Positions 23,488 through 36,014 of a stretch of DNA of 64,000 bases are shown here, piece by piece (within the stretch, counting starts at the first letter, position 1; every line of letters begins with the position of its first letter). A program made the position numbers and the translations under genes. Below the pieces are notes generated by a model that saw nothing but the letters and a program-made list of their open reading frames with translations, was not told where the DNA came from and searched no databases. Location of the stretch: NCBI RefSeq assembly GCF_028641065.1, contig NC_073391.1, positions 20,584,001 through 20,648,000 of the forward strand, written 5' to 3'. Origin of the DNA: Leucoraja erinacea (Eukaryota).

Positions 23488-23860
23488 TCGACTACTTTCC
23501 CATCTTCTGGGGCTGTGGGTCATTCTTTCTCTGAGCCAATTACTCTGTTTTCCTGAGACATTGGAAGAGTTCTCTGGGAGATAAAATACCATTCATTACA
23601 TCAGTAGAGACTCGTTTCTTTAATCTTTCCACCATCCTTGTTCATAAGATTTTAATCCAAAAAGAGACTTGTCAGGACCGTATTGTAATTTTCACAGATC
23701 AGGGTTGTCCATCTCTTTTACGGGTTAAATTTGGAATTTAAATTAATGTATTGAAATTTGTCCGCTTGGGAGCCAAATTCATTGTTGCGGGTGTGCAGAT
23801 TTATACACCTAAATCTCTAATTTAAGATCGATTGACTTATATTTTTGTATCACTTTTCAG

Positions 23861-23987
23861 TTTTACCGGACATGTGTAAACAACAGGGGAGTTTCTGCAG
23901 CTCTACGAACACACTGCTTTCAAAAATGTTTGATAAACAGACATATTTCAGCCCCTCTTGCAAACTATAAATGCAGCTTTAGTACAA
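23861..23987 (+). CDS. PRDX3: PRDX3 coding exon 2 (FYRTCVNNRGVSAALR...CSFST)
   Basis: Splice sites cacttttcag|TTT and ACAA|gtaagt, 127 nt, open, phase 0->1. Basic presequence-like peptide with no acidic residues, ending FST. Confidence 0.88.
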
Positions 23988-24133
23988 GTAAGTGCTACAG
24001 AAAATTGTTATTTATCTAATGAATTGAAGAAGTTGGTTGGTGGTTTGGATGGCTAAAAGGGAAACGGCCTCTGTAAAGAGTCCTAAATTACATCCTACTG
24101 AACCAGAAACATTATTGATCAAGATAATTACAG

Positions 24134-24612
24134 AGAGTCAGTTTGTCAAGGAGAACTCTCTAAGTTCTACAGGTGCATAGTAGAGAGCATGCTGACTGGT
24201 TGCATCGTGGCTTGGTTCGGCAACTTGAGCGCCCTGGAGAGGAAAAGACTACAAAAAGTGGTAAACACTGCCCAGTCCATCATCGGCTCTGACCTCCCTT
24301 CCATCGAGGGGATCTATCGCAGCCGCTGCCTCAAAAAGGCTGGTAGTATCATCAAGGACCCACATCATCCTGGCCACACACTCATCTCCCTGCTACCTTC
24401 AGGTAGAAGGTACAGGAGCCTGAAGACTGCAACGACCAGGTTCAGGAATAGCTACTTCCCCACAGCCATCAAGTTATTTACGTATATAATGGTATATGGA
24501 CACTGATCTGTTTTTTAGTCAATGCCTACTATGTTCTGTTGTGCTGAAGCAAAGGAAGAATTTCATTGTCCTGTCAGGGACACATGACAATAAACACTCT
24601 TGACTCTTGACT
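24134..24612 (+). mobile_element. Rex1/Babar LINE 3' fragment
   Basis: [33 protein letters not shown], with tail AATAAACACTCTTGACTCTTGA. Same subfamily as 38553-41455. Confidence 0.85.
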
Positions 24613-24772
24613 AGACACAGAATGCTGGAGTAACTCAGCAGGGCAGGCAACTTCTCTGGATATTTTGTGCCTCAGCAAGTATTCCTGCTATCCAGAGATG
24701 CTGCCTGTCTCACTGAGTTACTCCAGCATTTTGTGTCTATAGTGCAAACCAGCATCTGCAGTTCCTTCCTAC
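24613..24772. mobile_element. Penelope-derived hairpin fragment
   Basis: AGACACAGAATGCTGGAGTAACTCAG and CTGAGTTACTCCAGCATTTTGTGTCT form an inverted pair. Confidence 0.6.
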
Positions 24773-25548
24773 AACATTATTGATTAAATACAATTAGAGA
24801 ATATTTCTGTATCCAAGTGTTATACTGCCACCAATCCTTCAACCTGTTCCAATCTTAGAAGAAATAAAATATAAGGCTAAGGGACTCCAATTTAAGGGGG
24901 GGGGGGAGAAGAGTTGAGAGTTCTTTCTCAACTCTCTAATGGAATTAGCTCATCAGACCATGGTATGTTTAATTTTCCAATGTTTATTTTCTATAACTTA
25001 AACGTCTTTCCTTTGCAAAATGTTTGGCTCTTCAATCTTTTAGTCGTATTGTTGTCCTACCATCTCTTTTAAATATCCATTTAATTGGGGGAAAATCTGT
25101 TTCATTTAAACCCATCAATCATATTTAATATATGCCGAATCGTATTTATATTATTAGTATTAATAAAAACAAATACAATTATTTTGTGCCAGGGTGTTGT
25201 GAGGCAAATGAAAAATGTTAATTTACTTAAACTTTATTTAAGCTTTAAGCAACTAATTTCTGTAATACACATCTTCAAAGCACCTGGAAATTATCGCTGA
25301 TTCCGCAGGCCTCGCCGGCCCGAGGCCCCGCACATGCGCACACTTCACAGGGTTTGCTTTGGAATATCAGTAAAATGGAGCTGTGCTGCTACATGAGGTA
25401 CAGTGATGAAGCATATTGCAAATATCATTCAGTACAATTAGGACTTCTGTATTTGACATGCATGTGGGAACTCCATTTAAAAGATGAGATGCCATCATTT
25501 GTCATTGATATCTGGCTTGATAATTGAGCTTTATACTTTTCCTTTTAG

Positions 25549-25690
25549 CATATGCAAACTTTGTTCCTGCTGTTACTCAATCTGCACCCTTTTTCAAGGG
25601 CACTGCTGTGGTCAATGGTCAGTTCAAAGAAATCACCCTAAATGACTATAAAGGAAAATATCTGGTCATTTTCTTCTATCCTCTGGATTT
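25549..25690 (+). CDS. PRDX3: PRDX3 coding exon 3 ([47 protein letters not shown])
   Basis: Splice sites ccttttag|CA and TT|gtaagt, 142 nt. Contains the typical 2-Cys Prx GKYLV.FFYPLDF motif. Confidence 0.97.
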
Positions 25691-26589
25691 GTAAGTATCA
25701 TTTACATGTGCATTTGAATGTTGACATTAAAAGGAAAAGGGTCTCGTTTAAAAGTTTAAGTTAGTTTAAAAGCTGCAACTCCCCCACCTCACCCCACCAC
25801 ACTTTGGCTAACTTGATACAAATGTATTCAATGCCCAATGCAGCTTTTAAACTAATCTCTTTGGATAAAGCTACAGCATATTTAAATGTGTTATTTTCAT
25901 GTAGGCAAATAGTATATTGTTATAAGTATATGACAACAATGAAAACAAAGTATAGATATTATTGTGAGTTGCTCAGAGTTGTGGAGGCCTGTATATTTAA
26001 GCCTTGATTAATACTATTAAAGTTGATAAGTAGTGGGCAACGAAGTTGGGGATCATTGCTAAAGCCATTCATTCTTATTTTATGTTCTAGTTAATGTATA
26101 GATTTTAGTGTTATTTCCCCCCTCCAGTCTTGTTTCCTATTCTACCTTTGCTTATCCCCACTCCCCCTTAATCCAAAACCCTTATGATATATGGCTGTTT
26201 TTGTACACACTATAAATATGCTTGAAAATAATATTTAAGTGGTCCATGTTTGTATTTGAGCACTGTTGAAGTTTGTTATTGCTGTTGCAGTATGCACTGT
26301 ATTAACTGAAAAATGAACAACATTCTTTGTGAGAAGTTTTATGTATAATAAATATTTCCTCTTAAGATTTTGTAAATTATTGGCGAGATATGTACTTGGG
26401 AATTTGTTCTGATCCAGCTTGCTATCTTTGAAAGTAGTGGAGAAGAAAGATTATGATTGCTATATTAAAATTAACAATTAAATCAGACTGCTCTGGAATG
26501 TTAGCAATGTTACCGTCTTTTCTTATTTTGAAGAATTATTTACACAGTTGTCGATCATCAATAAGATTTTCTCAATTAAAAACTCTGAC

Positions 26590-27600
26590 ACTTATTATTG
26601 AAGATTTTCAACACCAATGGAAGTCATTCGACCCATTGTATCCTTGCCAATCTCTGTCCCAGCCAATATTCACATTCCAGCAATTAGTCTGTAGCTCTAG
26701 CTCCCAAGTTCACATTCAAGGGAATTATGTGATGATGATTTTTACTATCCTCTCAGCCAATGAATTCCAGGTTTTTTTCTGCCCTCTAGGTGAAAAATAA
26801 ATTCCACCCAACCATTCTGCTAATTTCTTGAAATTCCACCCACGCATTCGTCCTCACAATTTAGGAGAATGGGTCCACCCTATTTATCTAAGTTTTTCAT
26901 AAGTTTGTACACCTTCAGTTAAATCTCACAGTGGGTGTGTTCATAAGAACCAGGCCTATCTAATCTTTCCTTATGGCTAAACATTTTCTAGTCCTAGCAA
27001 CCTCTTTGAAAATCTCCTCTGCACACACTCCAGAGCTGTCATATGTATTTTGTGACGAGAACTATGTGCAGAACACTAGCTGTTTAATTAGCAATGTATG
27101 TGTTCCACTGTAATCTCCTTACTCTCTTCTTGCATGCTTATGTCTAATTGAAAGCATTCCATATGCTTTTCCACCTTATTGATCTCTCAAACTACATTGG
27201 AGCATCTGTGGAAAGACACTACAAAGTTCTTTTGCTCATCTACAATTTTACAGTATCCTTCAATTTACAATATATTCCCTTTATTGCTCTTCCCCAAATG
27301 CATTCTCTCTTTTTGGATCAAATTGAATTCCATTTACCACTTTTCTGTCCCAACCGATGAGGCACCACTATATTTTATGCAATCTAAAGTATTCTTCAGT
27401 GATAACTACTGGGTCAATGTTGTATTTCTGTATTTTCTTTATTGTGCCACCTCTGCTCAGTCTAAAAGCAAGGGACCAAGTACTAAAGCCACTGGGACCC
27501 AAATGATGACACCTTCCAGCTGCAAAAACACCTAAAAGACATTTTACTTTTGTATTCTTTCACTGAGCCAACTTTGGAGTTCTGCCAATTTACCGTTCTC
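26590..27600 (-). mobile_element. Old degenerate CR1-like LINE
   Basis: Contains decayed reverse-complement CR1 3' UTR and RT phrases resembling the other CR1 copies. Confidence 0.5.
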
Positions 27601-28169
27601 CCTTCAGATGAAACTCCACTAAACTACAAGCATGTTTACTGTGTAAACCTAAATTACGAAATAAATCTACTGGTTGTTGAGAAGGAATTAAATGTTAAAC
27701 AACGTTACTTTGTTTTGTGTGGCCACTCAAAAAATGGTGAGGTGATTTTAAGATTTGTGCATCTTTGAAAGAATCTATTTCTTTTAGATACATGTGAAGT
27801 ATTCTACTAAATGCGTTTAAAACTTAAACAATGCAAAATAATAATTTAAGTAACTGAATGGAATGTTAAATTGCTGGAAGTTGCCATGCTGTTGTTTCTA
27901 AAGGTCATGTGGAGATGTGTTAAAATTGATAGCTTTCATTCCCTTTTTGTTTCATCAAAGCTATTACGAACTAAAAGAACTGGACAGAATTAGCTTTTTT
28001 AAATCAATTTGTATCTGTTTGATTCAGACATTTAAAATATCTTTTAGAATGCAGTCATTAGTTGATATATTTTTGGAGTCAGTTTTTTTACCTATTTACT
28101 GCATAGATCTGATTAGCGAAAGTTGTGTGATTTTAAATAATTTAAAGAAATAATATTTTCTTTTTTTAG

Positions 28170-28305
28170 TACTTTTGTTTGTCCAACTGAGATCATTGCA
28201 TTCAGTAACAAAGCAAATGAATTCCACGATATAAACTGTGAAGTAATTGGTATTTCTGTAGACTCTCAGTTCTCCCATCTTGCCTGGATGAACACTCCAC
28301 GAAAG
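28170..28305 (+). CDS. PRDX3: PRDX3 coding exon 4 ([12 protein letters not shown]...[11 protein letters not shown]; peroxidatic Cys)
   Basis: Splice sites tttttag|T and AAG|gtatgg, 136 nt. FTFVCPTEI motif. Confidence 0.97.
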
Positions 28306-28467
28306 GTATGGAAGCAGGCTGATATTTAGTTTATTTTCTACAGTATGAAATGTTATTAGTTTTGTGTGCAATTTTATATATATTTAGTATTTAAGGAAGT
28401 ATTTGCTGTTTTGAACGCAGTAAATAAGTTTTGGTGTTGAAATTTAAACTTTTTTTTCAAGGCATTG

Positions 28468-29440
28468 CTAAATGAACGAATAAGTTTATTGGCCAAGTAT
28501 TCACATGCAAGGAATTTGCCATGGTGCTCCGCCCACAAGGGACAACATGACATACAGTGACTGTTAGGAATGACACATAAAACATTAAACATTAATAATA
28601 AAACATTATCGATTAAACATGTGAATTAAATTAAATACCAGAGCAAAAGGAGGCTAGAGATTTTTGGTTATTGAATAGAGCTACTACTCATGGGGGGAAA
28701 AGCTGTTTTTATGTCTGTCCGTGGCAGCTTTGACAGACTGGAGAGAAATGATTCAAAGAATTTGTAGCCAGAATGAGAGGAGTCAGCGATGATCTTACCT
28801 GCTCGCTTCCTGGCCCTTGCAGTGTACAGTTCGTCAATGGAGGGAAGGTTGCAGCCAATAACCTTCTCAGCTGATCGGACGAGTCGAAGCAGCCTCCGGA
28901 TGTCGTGATTGGTGGCTGAGCCAAACCAACCATGATGAAGTTGGTGAGGTCATACTCTACAACGGCCAAAAAAAAAACTGGACCATCATTGCCTGCGGCA
29001 GATTGTGCTTCCTCAGCTGCCGCAGGAAGTACATCCTCTGTTGTGCCTTTTTGACTGTGAAGTCGATGGTGGCCCCCCATTTAAGGTCCTTGGAGATGAT
29101 GGTTCCCAGGAACTTAAATGACTCCACAGATGTGACTGGATCATTCCAATCATGGTTGTGTCGTCCTCAAACTTGAGAAGCTTTACAGAGGAGTCAGTGG
29201 GGGTGCAGTCATTGGTGTAGAGAGAGTAGAGGAAAGGGGAGAGTGCGCAGCTGAGGGTCTGTGGGTCCGAGATGCGCTTCCCTGTCTGTCAGGAGCTGGT
29301 GGTCCACCGACAGAGGGGTTCAGGCACAGTCAACTTGGAAAGTTTGGAGTGTAGTAGCTCTGGCACAATGGTGTTGAATGCAGAGCTCAAATTAACAAAC
29401 AAAATCCTCGCATAGATCACCTGGCGGTTGAGGTGCTGGA
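28468..29440 (-). mobile_element. Rex1/Babar LINE 3' part, degenerate with internal deletion
   Basis: The minus strand reads ILFVNLSSAFNTIVPELL, QQRMYFLRQLRKHNLPQAM, then the 3' UTR and AATAAACTTA tail. Confidence 0.85.
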
Positions 29441-29441
29441 G

Positions 29442-31375
29442 CAGGGCTCTCACTTAACTTTTTTTCTCTGTTGTCAGCCGGGCAACCTAGGCAGCTTTTT
29501 AGGTTGCCAAATGACAGTTTAGGTGGCCATTTAAGATGACTTGCATGACGTGTGCGATAATGTGCTCGGACGAAGTGCCTAGTTACCAGTCGGAATTATG
29601 CTCAATGAAGCATTCACATATTATTTCTGCTTCAAATAAAGTCACAAACTAAACATATTCACCACTCAAGACATGATATATCCCACAATGACATGCAGCA
29701 AGATTATAATACAGTATCTCAACTCTTCTTACACATTGCAATGAATGCAATTTCTATTATGTCTTTCCACTTCCAAACAGAAATGTGGTTGGATAATTCA
29801 GCGTGTGATCAACCTGTGTGTCAATATATGCTTAACCATGCACAATACAGATTGATGCAAGCATGTTTTCTGTGAAGGACTGAAAATTATCATGACATGG
29901 CCATAGCATGGGTCATTTTTGGTATTGGTACATAAAACTCTCGCTTCCCACATAATTTATCCACAGCAAAATATACAGGTTACAAGGACATTTCTAAAGG
30001 TATTTATGATAATAGCTGTTAAAACCGACTATACCCATCTGACAGGTTAAACATTACAATAACTGATAAAAGATTACCAAAGGACATAACTACAGCAAAT
30101 GTTCTTTTGGCAATATGTTTAAAAGTGTCAAAACGCCACATTACCGGACATTCAGATTAGATTGTGAACAGCAATGAAGATACCCACCAGATTTTTTAAA
30201 TAATTATTGATAAATGCTGTTTCCATCATTCCCACTTCAGAATTAACGTTAACATTTCAACTGAAATATCTCCAAATTTGTGATGTATATGACCGACTGG
30301 AAGTAAAACCTGGATAAATCCATCGTATAATTGTGAATGTTGCTCATTAAATAATTACAGTACTGATACTCCATATTAAGAGCATTGAATTGCCATTAAA
30401 ATGAATTCCGTAATAATGTGTCAAACGGTAGCAGTGAAAATCGAACACTGTGGTTTTAATGCTTCACGTGATCACAATTTAATTAATCCATCATTATGCA
30501 TTTAAACGAATAATAACATTGGGAATGAAAACATTTGATTGCATTCCGTTATCAAACATAGTCCGTGTTCGCTCTGAAGACATTTCCAGCGCATTAGGGT
30601 CGGGGGGGGGGGGGTGAATCAGTGCGGGATTGATAGATGGGGGGGGGGGGTGAATCAGTGCGGGATTGATAGATGGGGGGGGGTGGGGGGGGGGGGTTGA
30701 GAAGGCAATCTGCGGGATGGATGGATTGAATCAGGGGAATTAGTGCATGTTGTTTGGAGTAGGTAAAATTGTGAGGGAAGAGTGCGGGGATGTCAGTGGG
30801 GGGTTGAGTGGGGGGATCAGTACGGGATAGATGGTGGGGGGGATTAGTGCAGGATGAATGGGGGGGCGCAGTGCAGGATGGATGGGAAAGGGGGTCAGCA
30901 CAGGATAAATTTGGGGGCCAGTGTAGGAAGGATGGGGGGGGGGTGGCGGCAGGAGAATCAATGCGAGGTGGATAGGAAGATCATTGCAGGATGAATAGAT
31001 CGGAAGGGGAGCACAGGATGTCCGTGAGAACTGAATAGAGGCAGGAATGGGGATCAGTACGGGGTGGAGAGGAGGAGTCCCTGGATAAGGGGGGTGGAGG
31101 AGGGCATATGAGAGAGAGCGAGGGGAAGGGGCAGAGGAAGTCGGGAGGAAGGAAGGTCAGCTCTCCTCGGACAACACCGGCATCATTGCCCCGTTGCCTT
31201 GGCCGTCCCTGTACACCGCCAAGTGCAGCCGCCAAAGGGGGAGGTGGTTGAGATCTCCTCGGCATTGCCTCCCCTCCTCTGCCAGCCAACAAGAAGGTGC
31301 GAGGCCAAGCGGTGCAGGTGCTTCAGACGGCGGAAGGGGGCCTCCCGTTTCCTCCCTCCCTCCTCCCGGCCTGTT
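29442..31375. mobile_element. Probable hAT-like DNA transposon left portion (no matching right TIR found)
   Basis: Starts CAGGGCTCTCACTTAAC with a GGCAACC..GGTTGCC subterminal palindrome. It has an AT-rich body, G-rich degenerate repeats at 30600-31150, and a GC-rich end. Confidence 0.45.
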
Positions 31376-31377
31376 TG

Positions 31378-32530
31378 ATCCTGTTTGTTGATTTTAGCTC
31401 TGGATTCAACACCATTGTGCCAGAGCTACTACACTCCAAACTTTCTGAGTTGACTGTGTCTGAACCCCTCTGTTGGTAGATCACCAGCTTCCTGACAGAC
31501 AGGAAGCAGCATGTGAAGCTGGGAAAGCACATCTCGGACACGTAAATGCTCAGCATAGGAGCACCGCAAGGCTGTGTACTCTCTCTTCTCCTCTGCTCTC
31601 TACACCAACGACTGCACCTCCACAGACACCTCTGTCAAGCTTCTCAAGTTTGTGGATGACACAACCCTGATTGGACTGATCCAGGATGGGGAGGAATCTG
31701 CCTACAGATAGGAAGTGTCACAGCTGGCATCCTGGTGCCATCACAACAATCTAGAGCTCAATGCTGTTAAGACAGTGGAATTGATTGTAGCTCCCCCTCC
31801 CCTCACCCCACTCACCATCAACAACACCACAGTCACATCTGTGGAGTCTTTTAAGTTCCTGGGAACCATCATCTCCAAGGACCTTAAGTGGGGGGCTACC
31901 ATCGACTCCACAGTCAAAAAGGCCCAACAGAGGATGTACTTCCTACGGCAGCTGAGGAAGCACAATCTGCCACAGGCAATGATGGTCCAATTCTACACGG
32001 CCATCGTAGAGTCTGTTCTCACCTTCTCCATCATGGTCTGGTTTGACTCGGCCACCAAGCACGACACCTGGAGGCTACAGTGAATCGTCCGATCAGCAGA
32101 GAAGGTTATTGGCTGCAACCTTCCCTCCATTGATGAACTGTACACTGCAAAGGCCAGGAAGCGAGCGGGCAAGATCATCTCTGACCCCTCTCACCCTGGC
32201 CACAAAACCTTTGAATCACTTCCCTCTGGAAGGCGACTCTGGATTGTCAAAGCTGCCACAGCCAGATATAAAAACAGTTTTTATCCACGAGTAGTTGCTC
32301 TACTCAACAGCCAAAAATCTGTAGCCTCCCCTTGATCTGGTATTTTGTTGGTTCACATGCTTGATTAATGGTGTTTTATCATTAATGTTTTATTATTATT
32401 AATGTTTAGCGTTGTCTTAGTCATTTGTAACTGCCACTGCATGTCATATTTTTACTTGTGGGCGGAGCACCGAGGCAAATTCCTTGTATGTGATTACTCG
32501 GCCAATAAACTTACTTACTTAAACTTACTT
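31378..32530 (+). mobile_element. Rex1/Babar LINE 3' part
   Basis: ILFVDFSSGFNTIVPELL, GAPQGCVLS, KFVDD and QQRMYFLRQLRKHNLPQAM, with tail AATAAACTTACTTACTT. Confidence 0.88.
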
Positions 32531-32559
32531 TTTGATTGTAGTAAGTGTTAAGGGTACAT

Positions 32560-32915
32560 AAGTTAGTCATCGAGCAGAGAAACAAACCCCTCAGCCCAAC
32601 TTGTCATTACCAACCACTATGCCCTGTCTAAGCTAGTCCCATTTACCTGCATTTGACCCATATCCCTCTAAACCTTTCCTATCCATGCACCTGTCCAAGT
32701 GTCTTTTAAATGTTATTGTATCTGCCTCAACTACTTCCTCTAGCTGCTCATTCTATGTACCTGCCACCTTTGAGTGAAAAGGTTGTTCCCCTAGGTTCCT
32801 AGTAGATCTTTCCCCTCTCTTATCTAACATGTGTCCTCTGCTTATTGATTCCCTTAACCTGGGTAGTGTAAAATACTATGCATTCATCCCATTAATTCCC
32901 ATCGTGATTTTATGA
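32560..32915 (-). mobile_element. CR1 3' end fragment
   Basis: CCCATATCCCTCTAAACCTTTCCTATCCATGCACCTGTCCAAGTGTC, homologous to ~13590-13900 and ~57060-57330. Confidence 0.65.
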
Positions 32916-33043
32916 AACTGAGTATTTCTGTAAAGGATTTTAAGAATTTAATATCAAACACAATGTAATTTTTGTTTACATTTAAATACTTTTTTAATTT
33001 CTGCATTTGGCTAAGTTTCCCCAATGTTAATTCCTTTTTCCAG

Positions 33044-33147
33044 AGTGGGGGAATAGGGGCCATGAATATACCACTACTGTCTGATTTAACAAAGCAGATC
33101 TCACAGGATTATGGAGTGTTATTAGAAAATGCTGGCATTGCTCTAAG
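33044..33147 (+). CDS. PRDX3: PRDX3 coding exon 5 (SGGIGAMNIPLLSDLTKQISQDYGVLLENAGIALR)
   Basis: Splice sites tttttccag|AGT and AG|gtaaga, 104 nt. Confidence 0.97.
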
Positions 33148-33584
33148 GTAAGAGATTTTGTATGTACAAGAAAAAAAAGGAATTGTGGATTATGCTATTT
33201 GTTAGGCAGAATTAAAACAATTCTCTGATGCCACTCTTGCTATCCTCTGTTGTAAGGGGAGGATGTGGCAGGTTGTGTTTTTTTAGTGAGATAGGTGGAT
33301 TTATATAATGCAGTTCCTACCAATATCGGTAAACATTGTGTAATTTGACATTTAAAAGATAAATGGAATTCTGAATTACAGGTACAACTTGCACTCCCTT
33401 GTCCCCCCACTTACCCCAAATGCAAAATGATGAAAATTTGATTTTCTCAGCAACCTTAAATCAGTTTGCCTGCAGATGGATCAAAATGCTGTTATCTTCT
33501 GATTAGCATTCTGAATCTACCTAATATGCTTCGATGTTAATTGTTATTCGTTAAAGGCATTCCCTTTGGACCAAAGAAGCGTTG

Positions 33585-34100
33585 CTTCCAAGTGCTGGGA
33601 TAACTCAGCAGGCCATTTTCACTGGCAAATGGTGCGCTGACATTTACACTGGATTTTCTACTGTCTGTATGTTCCATGTGGCACGTCGTGTTTTGTTTGG
33701 GTAGCTTGCAGCTCGGTGGTTTGGGCAATGAATTCTCCAACTTCAAATAAACCTGTCCTGCCCTCCCCTTCCTTTCCTCTGCCCCTCCCCTCCCTGGTTA
33801 CTCCTGCTGTCTCCTACCCCCCCAGCTGTCCTTCTCCCCTCCCCTCACTTTTTGACTCCTTTTCACCTTTAACCGTTGTCATTTACTCTACCCATCTGCC
33901 AATCAAACCCCCTCTCTCCTGTGCCTACATATCATTTGTCAGCCCCAACTTTCTCCAGTTTTCTCCTCCTACTCCAAAATCCAAAGAAAGGCCTTGAACC
34001 AAAATATCATCTGCCCATTTCCTTCACCGATACTGCCTGACCCACTGAGTTCCTCCAGCATATTGTGTTTTGCTCAAGATTCCAGCATCTGCAGTTTCCA
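33585..34100 (+). mobile_element. Old Penelope-like element 3' fragment
   Basis: TTTGGGTAGCTTGCAGC..ATGAATTCTCCAACTTCA, a pyrimidine tract, then CTGAGTTCCTCCAGC..CCAGCATCTGCAGTT. Confidence 0.55.
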
Positions 34101-34273
34101 TGTCTCCATAACACTCTACTGTTGACAGCCCTTCCTACTCCTCAGTTTCACAGATTATTTTAATTGTTTTATTCCAGGAAGTAAATTTTAAATCTCAGAT
34201 GATGTGAAATGCGATTTGTGTTTGTAGTGTAAATAAGAAAATGTAATTTTTCTAAATGCTTTATTTTTACCAG

Positions 34274-34439
34274 AGGGCTTTTCATCATTGACACTAATGG
34301 AATTATCAAGCACATGGCCATCAGTGATCTGCCTGTAGGTCGCAGTGTTGACGAAACTTTACGCTTAGTTAAGGCATTTCAGTTTGTGGAGACCCATGGA
34401 GAGGTTTGCCCAGCTGATTGGAAACCAAACTCTCCAACG
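34274..34439 (+). CDS. PRDX3: PRDX3 coding exon 6 (GLFIIDTNG...[15 protein letters not shown]; resolving Cys)
   Basis: Splice sites ttttaccag|A and ACG|gtatgt, 166 nt. Confidence 0.97.
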
Positions 34440-35601
34440 GTATGTAAAATGCCATAAACTTAATTTAGCAACTCGGTACTGGTCCTCCCCACTTTCGAAT
34501 AGATGACTTGTGTACAGTCCATACATCCGATTGTGTGTTTGGGGAAACAGGCAGGATGGGTTTACCAGCTGCTAGATGGCAGTGAGCATGTTCTACCATG
34601 TGGGGACTCGGTTTGCAGCCACATATCCGATTTACAAACTATTTGGGTTACGAGAGGTTTACAGGAATAGAAATCTGCTGTGACTTGGGGACGAAATGCA
34701 AATTAGAGGGGCTAAGCATTTGTAGAAGCAAACATTCATTTGTAAAGTAGTTAAAACTTCTGTACGTGACGCAAAACTTCTGTTTTACTGTGGGTACTTC
34801 AAATGTCTATTTTTCAAACAATTTAATATTGTGTTAGCAGATTTCCTTTAACAAGTGAACAGACGTGGTATCAACATGGTCCCCAAACTCAGACCTTTTC
34901 CTGCTTTCAGTAGGATAAAAACCTTTAATTGGGTACTAGCCACTGAATGTAGCAACTTGCTTCTCAGTAATTGCCTTCTCTAGCTTCTCTCACTTTTTTC
35001 CAATTCCTCAATGCCTTGAAGAGAGAAGAAACCCAGTTTGACCCAGTCTGAATGTGGATTTGCGAATTCCCTATGATGTATAGAATATAGCCTAGAAATT
35101 GGTAGTTTGTGATATTTTGATGCTTAATCAGTCGTCATATGTAAAAACTGTCAAAAATAACATTTGTCATGCCAAATCCTGATCTTTTCTAAGCAATCTC
35201 AAAATTAGATGAGTACATGTTTTCTGGAATTTAATTTCCATATGAAGAATTAACCCTAGGTGCCACTCCCTTGAATTTCCACTTGACTGAGAAAGTGTTT
35301 GGCACCTTTTAAATTGTAATTTGTTGGTGTTCTACTAATTTGCACTATTGTACTATTAATTTAATTGTTGTCTATATGCCTTTTAATGCTCTCCTCAAGC
35401 TCCCAATTTGTTCCCATTTGGCTAGAAGTTACAATTTAATTCCTGGACTAATACAGATGAAGCAGCTTCTGTTTTTTTTGTCAAGATCATCATTTGCAAA
35501 ACATTTCTAAACTTCCCTTTCTTGGACTGTACTCTTTGATAAATGTTCTGTTATGTTGCAAAAACATTTTTCTTGGTAATCCTGTTATATTTGTTTTACA
35601 G

Positions 35602-35655
35602 ATTAAGCCTTCCCCAGAAGATTCCAAAGAATACTTTGAAAAAGTCAATGACTAG
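35602..35655 (+). CDS. PRDX3: PRDX3 coding exon 7 (IKPSPEDSKEYFEKVND*)
   Basis: Acceptor ttttacag|ATT, TAG at 35653-35655. The total CDS is 759 nt, i.e. 252 aa plus stop. Confidence 0.96.
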   Translation: MKPSPEDSKEYFEKVND

Positions 35656-35808
35656 TATCTAATTTGTATAACATCTGAGAGTACTTCATTGACATTTGGA
35701 CAGTGAGTATTTAGAGGTGGAGGTTTTCTTTACCTGTGAAGAGTGATTCATAAGATTAGAGTCGGCAATAGGTATGTTTTGCTGTGTAATCTTGTTTATC
35801 ATGTGCAA

Positions 35809-36014
35809 AATAAAGATTATACTACTGAATGTTTACTTATTGTTGAATATGTTATTCGTCCAAAGTAAACAAGAAAAGAAATCCTGTACTAGCAAATTAA
35901 TTGCAATTTTACTCCAATAATTTCATTATACAAGAAAGTGTTTAAAATATGACAATGACCTTGAATACATTTAATTCTGTAATTCAATGGTGTACACGTG
36001 TGCCTTTGAATAAA
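35809..36014 (+). terminator. Candidate PRDX3 polyadenylation signals
   Basis: AATAAA at 35809-35814 and 36009-36014, each followed by T/GT-rich sequence. Confidence 0.55.

Noticed and set aside
22606-23592. Long Pro-rich and Gly/Glu/Arg-rich ORFs (230-316 aa) in five frames
   Set aside because: They are by-products of a stop-poor C/T minisatellite in PRDX3 intron 1.
25281-25397. GC-rich segment as candidate PRDX3 exon 2
   Set aside because: 23861-23987 has stronger splice sites, the correct phase, a size near the known exon, and the FST ending. This segment has a weak donor or an in-frame stop.
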